Positions 61,101-64,000 of a stretch of DNA of 64,000 nucleotides are shown piece by piece. Position 1 is the first letter of the stretch, and each line of letters starts with the position of its first letter. The position numbers and the translations under genes are program-made. The notes below the pieces were generated by a model. That model saw nothing but the letters and a program-made list of their open reading frames with translations, did not search any database and was not told where the DNA came from. This DNA is from Tubulanus polymorphus (taxonomy: Eukaryota; Animalia; Nemertea): the NCBI RefSeq assembly GCF_964204645.1, contig NC_134030.1, forward strand, positions 7,172,778-7,236,777, given 5' to 3'.

Positions 61101-64000
61101 AGTAAGAAACGGTTAGAATATCAAGACTACATCGATAAGCCCGTGTGGTATTTCAGCGAACTGGCCCATGACAAACTGGAATCGTTCGAAACAAACTTAT
61201 CCTCATAAAACGGTCCTTCGATGTAACCCACGAAGCGTTTTCATATCAGGTGCTAAGAGGTGTATGCATAAAACAGCTTTAGTGGTAGCCCACGTCTCGT
61301 TTACAGAAACAATAAATATATTTCTTAAGGTGTCGCCAGGTACTAACTCACCAACATTCCAGCGCGAACCTGAACTATATCGTCTGATCCAATTCTCTCG
61401 CGAGAATGAGCCCTCCTACGTGTACGCGGCGTCTGGCTCGACTGAGAATAAATACGATTGTAAATGCATTTATTGGCGACTGGCGAAGTTACAGAAAGCA
61501 GTTAAACTCTCCGATAAATCATTCAGAATTTTAGTATCGGGGGTTGAAAGAGCGTTTGAATCTGTCGAAGACTTCCTAATAACAAGTCTCGTGATTTATA
61601 GCACGGATGTCAGACTCGGTTTAGTATACTATACTGCCGAAAAGGTCGACGGACGTAACGATCGATTTTCTCGCCGATGAGATTCGGAAGGCATTTACGA
61701 AAATCGGATTCCCCGGCAAATCATTTGGTCAATTCATGTCGCTATTAAATTCCTACACACTGCAATCGCATTGATTTCCAGTAATTTTGAATTCGATATG
61801 AATAGCTAGTGACGTATATTTAGTAGACGGATACATCACGATTGATTGTACGTGGACGACGGTTACCGATGTTCTACTACGACGTTCCCAGTGCAGTGTA
61901 TGCGCGGTCAGTGTTGTCCTTGAAAGTGATGGGAATGATTGTATGTATGTATATACATAGCTAGAAGCTTTACCAGGAGGAGAGGATCGAAGCTAAGGTT
62001 AATTCAATTAAAGAGGAATGCAAAGATTAACATCAAGAACCGGACCTGCTATTCACTGAATCCCCGTTCATAGTGAGCGGTTAGTCTATCCAGGCTCTCA
62101 GGACACCCGTTTTCAATCGTAGACAGGGGCAACCGAGTCACCGGTTTCAGTGGTAGAAACTAAGCCCTATTGCGGCAGTCGATCTTTGTTTGTCTGTAAA
62201 AAAAGGTTAAACTTATTCTAGTTTGTTAAGCCGCTATAAGTTCTCAAGTCATCTTCTACGCAAAAAACCATGTAGCTTATGTTTTTGGGCTATTTCCTGC
62301 TTAGAATTTTCCGGTAGAAAAAAGTGCAGGCTTAAAACAGATTTATTCTTTTAAGACAAGGTCGCGCTTATTAACGCGTATAGTCAAGTTTTCCTAAGTA
62401 GGTAAGTATTTTGTTTGATCGATAAAAAGACTTCAAGAGAAGAGCTATCAACCGAAGCCGAACCGCATCGCAATAATTCACGTCATAAACTGAAAAGCAA
62501 GTCGTAAATGGATAACACGTTGAACATGATGAGTATGATGAGGACAACACTAGCACTAAACCTGCGATATCATTGAAAACGTCTTATCAGCGATTACCAG
62601 ATTCAAAGAAGCCGGCGGTATTTTCGAAGACGAGTAGAACGACATCGCCGGGCCGCGTACAATGTCGCAGATGATGACGAACACGACGCCACATCCATCA
62701 TCCGAAACAGGGAAAAAAGAGAAGACGTAAAACACGAAACATAGCGCTGTGGCAAACTTCTGTCTACATTGTCGCCAATGTAATAAATCTGACAGCGCGA
62801 GCTTCTACAAGCGACTAAACATCGCGAACGAATACACGAAGAAAAAAAATCTATTCAAATTCAATTGCGATTGATTTTTCCTTCGCATCGGCATCGTCGA
62901 GATTTTCATAGCTGCGCGAACATCGCGAGCGCAGTTAAACGGATGTTTTCGTTTCGTATAAAATACACGAGCGACGGCGGAAATGCGCGCACGGAAAAGA
63001 TCATCTTCTTCGAATGCTTTCGCTGTGACGGACACGGGATTATTGATCAGACAAGCGGAAAAAATGAAACCAACGCTTGCAACTTAGGCTGGATGGCTGG
63101 CTAATTAATCAAACACGCCGAGCATTCCATGCTGTCATTTAAGTGCCATACAGTAACTGATGTCTTAGCTTTTGAAGATAACTCACTCTCTCTCTCGGCT
63201 AAACTATAATCGATGGAAAACCTCACAAAGGAACGAACTCTTGTTGCAAACAAGTCGAAATGTCTAGAGAGGCTAGACAGAAATAATGTCATAAACCATT
63301 TCAGCCATGTATAACGTTTCGGAACCAAGTTACCGTAACAGTTTATCATGTAAAAATCTATTGAAGTCATCCATTCGAAAAAAGACTACATAATGAAAAT
63401 AAAATACGCGCGAGAATTTTACAGAAAATCAATTCCGTCGATCTTTTTTCAGTTGAACATTCGAACAAGCGATGTTTGTTTGACGAGTTTGTTTTCCGTG
63501 CGTTATAATACTGAGGTGGAGCTAAAACAATAAAACAAGGCGATAACGTTTCTTTGATCAGCCTGTGCTCTGTTTGATTCCACTTGTTTTCGACGTGGAG
63601 ATGTTTTTTGAGCGAATCGATTGTTCTGTTAATTGTTAAGCAAACTCGGGCCACTCAGCGATCCACGTTGCCTTTGTTATAGTCGAACATGGTTTCCTAT
63701 ACGGTATTTTTCGTTCGATGGCCATTGAGCGGGCTCTAAAAGCGCGCGTGGCATAGTTACACATCCGTTTCTCGTGGCAGCTCCAGAAATTGTCTTTTCC
63801 TGATTTTCTTTTTTTTATCCAATTTCGAATCTATGGAGGACCGCGGTGGGAAAGTTTTCGCCAACGTCGAATGTAATGTAGACAAGACGGTATCAGGAGC
63901 CGCCAGCGTTAAAAAGTAAGGGTTGGGAATACCTCTGGCATTCTGGCCACTGAAATGGCTTGCGCTACCCTTCGTCAGACACCGACTATCATCATTAATA

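Noticed and set aside
61168-61680. 170-aa ORF, and the other 60-165 aa ORFs in the KIRREL introns and upstream region
   Set aside because: No recognisable domain or splice-consistent partner exons; consistent with chance ORFs.

Overview
Eukaryotic genomic DNA (GT-AG introns, AT-rich, little visible CpG depletion) from a bilaterian invertebrate, probably a lophotrochozoan; the species cannot be fixed from sequence alone. I assembled three protein-coding genes by hand. (1) The 3' part of a DEG/ENaC (ASIC-like) channel (+, 2-3053, 6 exons), in which one 1.5-kb exon puts about 470 aa of helical sequence where the knuckle normally has about 25-30 aa. (2) A two-exon family-B-like (Methuselah/adhesion-like) GPCR (+, 3639-6764, 867 aa) with an SMB-like Cys-rich ectodomain, no GPS and almost no C-tail. 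(3) A Kirre/Neph/SYG-1 (KIRREL) Ig-superfamily adhesion gene (-, CDS 44471-10749, 14 core exons, 705 aa) with 5 Ig domains, one TM helix and a C-terminal STNV; possible 5' exons reach about 56.3 kb. The KIRREL juxtamembrane intron holds candidate frame-preserving cassette exons (21, 72 and 24 nt), an alternative donor and a candidate alternative last exon ending ...VAAV*. KIRREL introns also contain minimal type-I hammerhead ribozyme motifs of the Penelope/retrozyme kind: a pair inside a near-perfect 126-bp inverted repeat at 24.1-24.4 kb, and one intact copy at 45.15 kb. MITE, SINE and LINE remnants, a three-copy tandem repeat and CTCF-like sites are also present. No prokaryotic features, CRISPR arrays, rRNA or intact tRNA were seen.
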